Made by a program: the position numbers and the translations under genes. A DNA stretch of 64,000 nt. Source: Eukaryota sp. GEM-RC1 (lineage: Eukaryota). The notes under the pieces were generated by a model. It did no database searches. It was not told the origin of the DNA and saw only the letters and a list, made by a program, of their open reading frames with translations. Positions 50,428 through 61,555 of the stretch are shown here, one piece after another (position 1 is the first letter of the stretch; every line of letters starts with the position of its first letter). The DNA lies in contig JAUFOQ010000003.1 in the NCBI GenBank assembly GCA_040285855.1, positions 1,550,001 to 1,614,000 of the forward strand. Direction: 5' to 3'.

Positions 50428-53400
50428 TGTTATAACAACTTGTTACAGAGTCATTGATTCCGGCAGTTAAAGATTCTGAGTACATATTATTTGAAAAATC
50501 TTGATTATTTTCATCCAAATAAAAACAGGCGTGTGGGCCTGTAGATGAAACAGCGTCAATATTTGAATTTGTGACAATATTTCGAACTAAAACTTTTTGT
50601 GTTTCCGAAGTATGAATGGTCCATTCAAGAAATCCGTAGTTTGCAAAGACTGTAATCAACGATTCATTTGTTGAAGAATACCAAAAATTTAAAATTTTGG
50701 CTGAAGCGTCACGTTGACCATGACCCTCAACTTCAAGATGTGCAATTTTGGAGGACAGTAATTCCAAATATTTACCATCATTTGGAGAAATACTCAAAGC
50801 ATCTGGATATTTTGAAATATTTGAAACAGAAAAAGTTGCCAAAAAGACTCCAGTATCTGCCGAAAAGAAAGCAATCGCAGTATCATTATAAATACCACAT
50901 ACAATTCGATCATTATAATCATTAGTTTTAAGTAACTTGGAAATTTTAAAACCTTGCGAAACATGTCGAAGATGACTTAAAGTTCCATCAATTACCCATG
51001 AAGATACCAGTAAACCACCTGGAAACCTAATATCAAACAAACAGCCAACACCCAAGGAAGTGACAGCAAAAACCATCTTCCTGTTGATTCATAGACATAA
51101 TTAGTTACAAGACCTAGGTAATTGGGAATGTTTACTTTGAAGGGTTTAATTGTAGTCGAGTAGTAATCAATTATGGAAACTGACGTGTAAGAGACCGCAA
51201 TCAAACCAGATATTTTGAATTTTGACACGTATATTCCAGAAACGTCGAGAAAACGAGTATCGATTGTGCCAAAATCAGTGACGTCGACAATCATAACTTG
51301 CTGACCCTCAGAAGCGACTGCCAGTCTAATCGGAGAAGAGGTCAACAGGCAACAATCAGAAACAGAAGAAACTTGTTCTAAATGATGAGAGAATCTAGAA
51401 GGAATGGATGGAGAGTTTTCGAGAAAGTTTGGAGAAAACTTCCAGAAAACCAACATCCCATCAGAAAATATAGAAATTAAAATATTTGATGATGGGCACA
51501 ACACCTTACTATTGGGGAGGTATTACAGTTTTCGGCAAAAACATGGCAAAATCCAAATTTTGAACTGAAAGTAATGATTGAAAATCATCAACTGGCAACG
51601 AATTGATAGATTGATTGCCATAGAGTCCAGAAGGGGTCATATCAAATGAAGCAGGTAGTGAATCATAAGGGGAAACATATAGTGAACTCGTAGCATTGTG
51701 GTCAATTTTAGAATAGGAAAGAGCCGAAAGATTGTCTTGTTGTTGCACAGATTGATTATGACGTGATTTTGATCTACAGTGATTGATCCTTTTCTTAGAA
51801 GCGACAAACTCAAGTAAATGAGGAGTAAGAAAGCCTAAGATATTACAGCAATGTTGATAGAAATTTAATTGTTTTTCTGTGAAATCTGTAGGGCTCATTT
51901 GATGGTCAAGAACAGCATCAGCAAATATTTCAACATTTTCTAAATAGAAGTGTGATCTGTCGGAATTATTTGCTGGGATGTTTCCAGATTCAAGTAAAGA
52001 AACTGCTGAGTTATAAAAAGATAGAGAAATAAAGTTGTCATTAGAAATTGTAGATAATATAGATAGATCGACAGAAACCAGCGAAATATTTAAAAATTTC
52101 TGCAGGACAGAAGCAATAAAACAGTACGTATCGATTGGTCCAATAAGCAGCACAACTTTTGAAATAAATTCACAAGAAGATTTACGAAGACATGGATTGG
52201 GATGGAAAATGAAGGGCAGAACGTAACGTTGAGCCATAATTGTTAAGAAATTTAAAAATTTCTGGTCAAGATAATCATTTTCGATAGAATGTTGTTCAAT
52301 GAGAACATCTAGGCTAAGATTTAAAGAAGAAAAAGGCTACGGTAGTGCAATTGATTTCAAAATCATGTAAAAACATTAAGAAAGTATTCAAAACCATTTT
52401 GACAGTATCAAAAGAAAATTTAAATTGTTTGAATAATTCATTAAAAACTGTCGACACAGCTGCCAGAAAGGATGATCGCGTCCTCACAGAGAAGAGATCA
52501 GATTGCTCGAAAGTAGTAAGTGAGCTTATAAAGATTGCAAAGAACTCCAAATGGTCAAATAGAGAGGAGAAACACTTATGAGGAAGAAAAAAGAACTTGG
52601 ATAGAATTGAAATACATTTCTTATCTAGTAGTGAATTAAGGAGAAAATCAAAACTCTGGGAAATTTTGGAACTCGAACAATATCCAAAATTGAAGAATTT
52701 TTTAATATAATCATACACTAGAGTTCGTGTACAGTCAATTTCACGCACTAAATCTGGATTTTCGTGGAAAGAAGAAACTTCCTTATCAATCACAATCAAT
52801 AGAGCGTCAACACAATCAATCAAGCACTGGAACAAGAACACGCATGACTCTGTAGAAATTTTTGAACTCAAGTTTGCTAAATTATTCAAATTATTGGTCA
52901 ATTTTGAACAAAGTGACACCAGACTTGTCATGACGAACCGACAAGTGACTGATAAAAACAAAGACAATTTAAAATCTGGAAACTTAATTAAATTATTCAG
53001 CGAAATAGACAAAGCCTGTACAATCACCGATTTAAACTTGGGAACTTCAGAATCAGAAAGTGAATCAGAATTGATTGATTGTGAAAGCGACGTGATCAAC
53101 TCAGAAACAACACGACAACAAAGGAAATCAAAAGGCAACGGAAACTCATTAATAATAGAAGAGACCACTTCAAGAATGGAAAGTCTGCACTCAAAAGCTA
53201 TATCCGATGACCAAGAGATTAAAGGTAACAGACAAGTAATAAGAAGTTGACAAAAATTTAAATCTTTTGATTGAGTTGAATAATACAGCTTAATGAGAAT
53301 ATCAGCATATTCATCTAGATTTGAACTGACAACAGGTTTTAAATTTTCATGTAATATTGGAAAACATGGAAATAATTCATCGAGATGTTCAACAATTGTT

Positions 53401-54317
53401 TGAGCAGTGGGTCTTGAAGTCCAGTCTAAGGAAAGACACGAAGTAACAAGCTGAATGAAAGGATCAGATACTCCGCAATCAAGTAAACGTGATCGAGCTG
53501 TACTCTTGACAGTTTCCTCAATATTTTCATACTTTTTTAAATCTACAATATCAATTAGTGGTGACAGCGACTGACTAGAAGACATGGTCAAAATATCAAT
53601 CAACAGGATTCCTAAAGAAAAAACGTCAGCCTTTTCAGTTGAAAGCTCATCTGCTTCCAAAACACGTTCGGGAGCTACATAAACACCTACTCCCGTATCA
53701 AAAAACCGATGAAACTGTAAGTGATCGTTAGTGTTGATTCTAATTGGTTTGGCTCCACAATCACTTATAACAGCCCAATAAGTTTTAGTAACAAGAACGT
53801 TTTCAGGACGAAGATGGCCATGGTAGAAAGAACCTGAGATACATGACTGGGAGTGGATGTAAGCAAGAGCAGATGAAACTTGATAAGCCAACCAGAAACG
53901 TTCAGTAAGAGTAGCAGCAAAGGGAGTCTTGAGAACAGCAGGAAGAGTGGAGGCAATGTAAGGACGTATCATGTAAAGACGGTAGAGACGTCCTGGGTTG
54001 TGGGTTTTAGAGGAGGCTGAATCGGGCTCTTGTAGAACAATTTGATGGAAGGAGAGTATGTTTGGATGGCTTTCTGGAGAGTTGAAGATGTTGCAGAAGG
54101 ATAAGAGGTATTCTTGGCGTCTCTTTATAGATTCAATGTCTTCTCCACGAAAGAATCTAATTTTGATGACTACGAGAGAGTCATTCAGTGAGCATTTGAT
54201 GGTCTGAACGACATTAGACGCAGCATTTCCTAAAGTGTCCAGGAAGACAGCGTTTTTGATGTTGGAAAGAGCAAAGTTTTTATATTGTGCAGCAAGTTGT
54301 TGATGGGTTCGAGACAT
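50354..54317 (-). CDS. VPS15: Vps15/PIK3R4 (kinase-like, HEAT, WD40), frameshifted into 4 ORFs
   Basis: ERFWLAYQ, HGHLRPENVLVT..YWAVISD, FFDT and YVAPER, followed by the HEAT region PFIFHPN..LR and WD40-like segments. Confidence 0.8.
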
Positions 54318-54568
54318 CAGCTACTAGCTTATAGTTGTCAAAATAATAGGTGTTGAGAGAATAGAGGAAGTGTGAAGTTGATTAAATCGACAAATTAGTA
54401 ATCTAGAATTACAAGTTGAACGGTAAAAAATGTCTTGAATCCATCTCCAACACAGTCTGCATTCGAACACATGGATAGTAGCATGTTAGCTAGCAATACA
54501 TGCTATATCTATATTGTTTTAACAAAGTATTTAAATGCAACATAAGAAATTCCGAATTCATTTTTTTG

Positions 54569-55050
54569 CAGTGTTTGAAAACCACCCGGGTGGAAATGAA
54601 AACCACCCGGGTGCCACCTGGTGCCACCCACCACCCGGGTGGCGTCTGGGTGGTACTGGGTGGATAATTTTGGTCTTACCATCATCTTCAATCCATGACT
54701 TCCTGAATGCATACTTCGTTGTTCAACGTGTCCTGAATACAATTATTTTAACGGGAGTTATTTCTAGGCTCGGAGAGGCTAATATCATCGTATTTATTTA
54801 TTTTTCAGAGGGTTTTTCTAATCCCAAACCTAAACAAAGTACTTCATTGTTAGTTATTTTATATCACACACTGCTAAAGTACTTTCAGTTTCATCGTATA
54901 TGGTGTATAAAGTAGTTTTTGAACCAAAACTTATGTCTCGTACTTTATTGCCACCCGGTGACCACCCGGGTGGAAATGAAAACCACCCGGACGCCACCCG
55001 GTTCCACCCACCACCCGGGTGGCGTCCGGGTGGAAAATTTTCGAACACTG
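54569..55050. mobile_element. hAT-type MITE, 482 bp
   Basis: TIRs CAGTGTTTGAAAA and TTTTCGAACACTG. 8-bp TSD TTTTTTTG at 54561-54568 and 55051-55058. Subterminal arrays of the palindrome CCACCCGGGTGG. Confidence 0.92.
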
Positions 55051-55101
55051 TTTTTTTGTTCTTGTCCTTAATCTTTTAATCCCACTTTACATACTGCCTT
55101 C

Positions 55102-57045
55102 ATGATTCTTCGATGTGATCTCTTTCATAGACTTTATGAAGATATCAAAAGTCATACACCTGTGGACAGATCTTCTGTTCTACTTTTTGTAGGTCCTGGT
55201 GTTGACTCTCTATGTGCAGCTCATATCCTTTCAGTTTGTCACACTCCCATATCATCTTATAGCAGTCTACCCTTTCCTCAGACCGTATTTTCTACAGTCA
55301 AGTTGCTGTTACTTCACAACATCACCTCATTGATGTATTTAACCGTCATGCTTCTCTAGGACCAGATCTCCGTACGGTCTTCTTCATCAACTGTGGAGCT
55401 GGCTTAAGACTACGTCAACTTTTAAAACCACATCCACAAATCAAATTTATTGTTATTGACTCTGCCCGTCCAGTGTCTCTCATCAACGCTTTTGAACAAC
55501 GACAAATTATTCTAGTAGATGACATTGACAATGGAATACAACGACAGATAAACAATATACAGGCTAAGTTTGATAAAGAAGGGGATGCCATTGACTCCGA
55601 GTCTGAGGTGGAGGAATCCTATTCAGTAGATTCAGAATCCTTTTCATATGATTCTATTAGAGATGATTATGAAGCGGTGTTCTCTGGGGCTCAGTCACAG
55701 CCTCCTTATAAACGAGTAAGATCTGAAGATGACGATGTGGTTACGGTGGGTTTGTTGTCTCATCATCGTATTGGATTGAAAGCTCCTGTTGTTGAAGCTT
55801 ATTATAATTTGCCAACGTCGTTTGGCTCACCAACGTCTCTTCTCCTCTGTAGATCTCTTCAGCTTTCTAGACCTCCCTTGGTTTGGGCTGCCTGTGTTGG
55901 AAGTAGGGAATATCACGTGTTAGATCGTTGTAGTCAGAATGATTGGGAGTTGAGTTTAAGTGAGTTGAATCAGTTAGTTGCAACTGCGATTCAGAATCAT
56001 CAGGATTATGTTTATGATGAAGAGGAGGGCACGCGACGACCTGACAGTCTCTTTGAGATCTCTAGATCGGAAGAGTACGCTTTCTGTTTATTGGCATTCT
56101 CTTCATTGAAACAGGCTATAGAAAATACTCCATCGTTCTCTGCTAGACTCGCATTGCATAAGGACACTGGTAGGACGTTATTGGCCACTGTTTTACCTAA
56201 GATTGGCATTTCTTTGAAGGATTTTGAAACGTTATTTAATCACATGTCACATACCTCAAAGGAAAATTTAGATAATTATTGGCAGGAATCTGTTGACATC
56301 TTCAAACTTCCCTCTTTTAAACATCAAGAGTTCTCGGTTAAACGACCAGGACGCCATCCTATAACTTCTTCTGATCTTGTCTATGTTCTGCTATATATAT
56401 TAATGTTCAAGAAACAAGAAGGACTGTCGAGTTTCTCTCTCGCCAACAAACTTCTAATGGTACCAGATGAAGCACTATTGATGAAATATGTTAAAGAAAC
56501 TTTAGAGTTGATCTCTGAGGTTTCAAAGATTTGCAGAACTGTACTTGCAGAGAACTTTCTAAGACACAATGGATATTTCTATGATGTTAGACTAGATCGT
56601 ATTCCCTCAGATCTGTTCTTCGACAACCCGTTTGCGCTCATGTTACTGGCTCATTTCCTACAGGTTTCTGTAAGTTACAGATCGGTATATTCTAAGAAAG
56701 TTCAAGATTTGCCTATTGTGTTATCAATTTTGAGCAGTAACCATGAAAATCCTAGGTACTTAGTTGGAGGGAAAGTTAACACTGGTTCAACTAAGAACTT
56801 TGTTGGACAGTGTTTCTTGACTATGATAGCAACTGATGAGATTAAGAAGCGGTTTCAGTTGGAAGAGGATTTTTGATTCTTCTTTAATTTATGTAGAAAA
56901 AGACTCTCTAGATCTGTTTATTGACGCTCTGACAACATTTCTGGAGGACTCAGAGCATTTTGATGTAGAGTTGTCGGATGAAGAAGACGAAGACGATGAA
57001 CCCAATGTGGGTGGTGGTGGTGATGATAATGATGAGCAACAGTGA
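55102..57045 (+). CDS. CDC45: CDC45 replication factor; intron 55234-55265; frameshift in a T-run near 56872
   Basis: VLLFV...VDSLCAAHIL, FFINCGA, IVIDSARP, an acidic insert, LVWAACVG, GISLKD and ITSSDLVY. Confidence 0.88.
55234..55265 (+). other. 32-nt intron in CDC45
   Basis: GTTTGTCACACTCCCATATCATCTTATAGCAG. Removal gives HILS|STLSSDRIFY, collinear with CDC45. Confidence 0.85.
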
Positions 57046-57353
57046 TTTAAACTGAAATAAACACCATGGTATCTCGATATTTACAAGGAATAAGTGATTT
57101 GGGGAGAAGTAAGTGAAGAAAGAGGAAGAACTACTTAAGCGTTGGGTTGATGAGAGGATTGACTTGAGATATGTATACGCTGATCCAAAGAAGCCACATA
57201 CAGAAGCCAGTTCCGACAATGTAGAAACGAATTGTGCTGTGATTAAAACAGGCACTAGAAAGACACAAACGATTTGTTGGGATGTTTGTCAAAGAGAGTC
57301 CATAGCAGATATCCCAAGGCCAAGAAGATGATCGTTCCAATAAGCATTTGACA

Positions 57354-58600
57354 AGGGTTTGTTAAGAGTTGAAAAAGTGGTCAGGTTCAATTCACTACTT
57401 GAACTGAATCGGGTCTGAACCGTGGTTCAGTTTAATAAATATAGTCAATTATAGACTACAACTCACATTTGTCACTCAATTGATCGATTGAAAAAGCATT
57501 TATTTCACTGATTGATCATAAACCCCGTTTTTGTAATTGAACGATTACATTAATTTATTAGCTTGAAAATGAAGTTCTCTCCTAATCTAGGTTTGATTTA
57601 AGTTATGAGTCTAGATATACAAGAGATTGGACAGACTTTTCACTCAATTTGACCCTCTTTTTATTAGCAATAAGTAAAGCAAATGAAAGTAAATCAGGGG
57701 TGTGAAAATATTTATTTAAATATATTGTTTATTGTTTTCGATAAAAATAAATATATTGTTATTGTTTTTGACACAAATAACTATATTGTTATTGTTGTCG
57801 AAAACAATAAATATATTTATTTATTGTCAATAAATATTGGTTAATTTTATTTAGTTACTATGTGTCAAGAATGAGACAAGAACAGCTCTAACATTTTTTA
57901 TGATGCATCAAATGTTTCTCAGACTCGTCATCGTCCTAAAGGAGCTCAATAGATTGTGTAGTGAATACGACTCTGATTGAAGATAATTCTACGGAGTAAC
58001 GCCAATTGCACAACAACAGAACAGTTTGGGTTTACGTCGTATTAAGCAGGACAAATCGTGTCAAGTACAGATTTGAAACGTAGTGGGTAACAGTTTCCTT
58101 ATGTGCAAACATAAAGAAGACTCAGATAGAATTGTATCGTGCTCAGCAATCTCCAATCGATCACGTTACACTGTATTTCTTCAAAAATGGCACAATGTAT
58201 TACTGTAAAAAGAGATAAAATAGGATACCGATATATTTAAATATATTGCAATATATTGCAATAAATACAATATAAATATATTTTTTCACACCCCTGAAGT
58301 AAATGTTACGAGGCAACACAATTGGGTTGCATTGAAGCATTTATGTTATGAGAAGATTTGGCAGAGAATTGAAGTAGAGTCTATGTAGAAGAAAACATTG
58401 CTTTTAAAACAATATACATATACATAAATCTCAACATATATAGATTTTTGATTGATTTACTTCTCTAATGCAATAGCAATAGATCATATTCGAGGATAAT
58501 TGTATTTTTTTGAATTAGTTCAAACATCCAAACAAAGGATCGGTTCAATCGGTTTAGAACCGGTTTAAACACACTTGAACTGAACCATTTAACATCCCTA
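57354..58600. mobile_element. Older degenerate hAT-type non-autonomous element hosting the nested MITE
   Basis: The right end reads TAGGGATGTTAA on the minus strand and the left end reads AGGGTTTGTTAA. Both ends carry GAACTGAA/GGTTCA subterminal motifs. The TSD is only partial. Confidence 0.5.
57695..58296. mobile_element. hAT-type MITE, 602 bp
   Basis: Perfect 14-bp TIR CAGGGGTGTGAAAA. 8-bp TSD AAGTAAAT at 57687-57694 and 58297-58304. Subterminal TATATTGTT repeats. Confidence 0.93.
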
Positions 58601-58719
58601 TGAACAAATAATTCCTGATATAATTCCACTGCATGTGTTAATCACAGTGTTGTCAAATGCACAATCTTTTTAGAAATGAAATGAGTCAAAATATCAGTTT
58701 GCAATTACTAACATACTAA

Positions 58720-59900
58720 ATATCTAAAATACGATATATCATTAAAACAACACCCGTCTATTTCAAATCTTACATCAGCATTATCCTCATACAACAACTC
58801 ACAGTCAGCAAAGTATTGGAGATGACTAGAGGAATTGTTTCAAAAACAGAAAAAATGATAACGATTCAACCATAATTTGTTCATCCTATTTTTTACGATT
58901 TTTCCCAAATCTTTTACAAAATTCAACGCCAGCAAAAGGGCATAATTCATAATCAATTTGTTTTACATGTTTTAGAGCCATCAATTGTTTTTTTGTACTT
59001 TTCCTGTTTGGCTTGTTCAGAAATTTCAAAATGAAAAGTTTCTGAAAATGAATTCTTTAAGGATGTCCTTCTGCAAACATCCACAGACACCACATCAACA
59101 ACATACAATTTTGCTGAAGAAGAAGGGACAACTACATCGGATATCCATCCAAAAATTAATTCTGCTTTTCGTCGTTACAATTATTTATTTTCAAAGATTT
59201 TAGAAGGGGTTCAACAAATAAAAAAGAAGAAATCGGACACTTGCAGAAGATGTATTATCGGAAGGGACTTCAATTGAAAGAATTTTTACTGAACAAGAGT
59301 TCAACTTTGGTATGAAATCCATGAGCTTTAAACATTTCAAATGTAACAGCCCAGACCCTGACTGTACACAACACTATTGCAATCATTAGATTCTTCTAAA
59401 CCTCATATGGAAAACACAACTGAGTATATCATTTTAACTGTTTTTCTTGGAAACATAGAGAGACAACAATTTAAGTAACGATAGTTTAATTCATTAAAAT
59501 TCAGTGTTTTGAAGGCAAGATTTTACTAACATCCACGGATGCCACATCGAAGACAAACGATTTGTGTGAAAAATTGACAACAACGTATGGTCATATGAGT
59601 AAGATAAATGAATTACTGGGGTGTTAAATGTCTAATGTATGTCATTTCAATGACAAATTATCTTATTACAATCATTTTAGAAGCGGAAAAACAGACAATT
59701 CATTGTTGTAGGACTTACATGAATTTGGTCTCTGACAGCGTCATTCATACCAGTTCGATAAGTAATGATTTTCAAAATCAACAAAGTTTATAGGAGAAAT
59801 ACTAGTACAGTACGATACGAAAAATATCATTAAAGCAACATTCAGTGTCATCAAAACTCACAGAAGCCTTTTTCTTTTCTGGAAATACTGATAAGTTATG
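58720..59900 (-). mobile_element. Cluster of decayed CRE-like retroelement 3' ends
   Basis: VTFEMFKAHGFHTKVE, DVVVP...VVDVVSVDVC, YELCPFA, NDAVRDQIH, FDVASVDV and CCFNDI all match the elements at 39-42 kb. Confidence 0.7.
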
Positions 59901-60468
59901 TAACTATTTCAACTTGATAAATGGAAATACATGTAGTTCAATTGTTTTCCACAAATACACTGGAGGTCATTTGGTAGTATAAGCATCAACGAATGTTGGT
60001 CTTATTCATATGATTAGAGAAAAGTGAATTAAATTAATTAAATAATTATGTAACACTAACGGACACTAATATGAAGTCTTATCGTTGTGGTCCCTTGATG
60101 ATCAAAAATACATAATTGAACATAAACTTGTGGGATTTGATTAATCATTGCTGCAACAGATCCTTCTTTTGAATGCGATTTAACATTTCGCACAAATCGT
60201 AAAAAGCTTTTCTATAACTGAGGCCTAAACCGCATTGCACTATTGTTGTATGTTTATTTATGTTAGTGATGTATTTCAGCAAATGTTTAAAACAGAAGTG
60301 AATCACTATTTGTAACTGGATTGGTTACAAAACGAAACTTCGCACCAAGGGAAGTTTCATCATCAAACAGACACACGACATTCAAATACACTTAGATATA
60401 GTATATAAAACAGCTAATGAATAAATAACAAAATAAAACAGACTAAACTAATGATAGAACATGCAAAA

Positions 60469-61011
60469 TTATATCAGTTCATGCTCCACTCGGAGATACT
60501 CACCTACGTCAGCTTGATGAAATGCAATGATTGTCTCAGGATCAGCACGACGACATTCAATGGTTGAGCGAGCAGCTGCACCAAAACCGAGTGGAATGTC
60601 AGCCATGGAAAAAATAACAACACCAGCGTATTTGGGGGTATTCTCAGTGATTCTTCCGAGTCCTGACTTGAGAACATTGTTGCCATAAACAAAAGAGAGT
60701 TCAGCATTGGGTTTAACCCATATTTTGTGTAAAGCATAAGGGGCGATGTGAGTAAGAGCAGTGATGAGAAGGCGGAAACGTCCAGAGTGGGTGAACTTCC
60801 CGAAACACGTCCCGATGGAAAGAAGCTGCTTACGATTAATAGTGGCAGCAGCTTTTAGCAAAGATTCGCTAAAGTAGTAGACACGATTATTGTGGAACCG
60901 GAAACAGTAAACCCCATCGGTTCTATCGATAAGATACTTCAAGTTCTCCCCAATGTACTTAGCTAGTTTCTCAAAGACAAGTTTGGTTTCTTCTTCAGTT
61001 AAGGCACGCAT
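60469..61011 (-). CDS. NIP7: 60S ribosome biogenesis protein NIP7
   Basis: [32 protein letters not shown] domain and [10 protein letters not shown]. Confidence 0.97.
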   Translation of the reverse strand: MRALTEEETKLVFEKLAKYIGENLKYLIDRTDGVYCFRFHNNRVYYFSESLLKAAATINRKQLLSIGTCFGKFTHSGRFRLLITALTHIAPYALHKIWVKPNAELSFVYGNNVLKSGLGRITENTPKYAGVVIFSMADIPLGFGAAARSTIECRRADPETIIAFHQADVGEYLRVEHELI

Positions 61012-61036
61012 TCAAAAAATTGTTTGATAAAGTTTT

Positions 61037-61339
61037 ATGAGTTTGATCCGTCTTCTCTATTCTGGTTCTATTATCTGTACTTCATCGGCCTTTTCCGTTC
61101 TTTCTTCGTCTGTTAAGTCTTTTGCTTCAAATTTACCATCTACATTGATCTCTTCACTTACAACTCAAGAAGCGTACTCTATTTTGGACCTTCCTGTGGA
61201 CTGTAAGTCATCAGACATTATCAATAGACGTGCCGATACACTGATTTCGCTAAATACTCCTTCAAATTCTTTCAGAGGTAGTCCTTATATCCAGAAGCGA
61301 GTTGCCAATGCTCGTATGTTTTGTCTTACAAATCACTAG
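61037..61339 (+). CDS. PAM16: Pam16/Tim16-like J-like protein of the mitochondrial import motor
   Basis: LTTQEAYSILDL...RADTLISLN...GSPYIQKRVANA. No HPD motif. Confidence 0.7.
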   Translation: MSLIRLLYSGSIICTSSAFSVLSSSVKSFASNLPSTLISSLTTQEAYSILDLPVDCKSSDIINRRADTLISLNTPSNSFRGSPYIQKRVANARMFCLTNH

Positions 61340-61555
61340 TTCAGCTTCCAGTCTTGATTTTTTCAATTGTATTTACCAATGTTTGTAAGTTTTTTCCGGT
61401 TCGTCTATTCTTCAGTGTTCTCTCCATGTGATATATGATATGACATATATCCTCGAGGATTTTCTGCTTGGTCTCAATGTTGTTTATCGATAGTAGATAC
61501 ATCTCGTTGCGAAATAAACTTTTATTTTTTTGGAATTCTTTTCTTCTCTTCTCTT

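Noticed and set aside
54580..55035. CRISPR-like or REP-like palindromic array
   Set aside because: There is no repeat-spacer periodicity. The palindromes are bounded by TIRs and a TSD, so they are MITE subterminal repeats.
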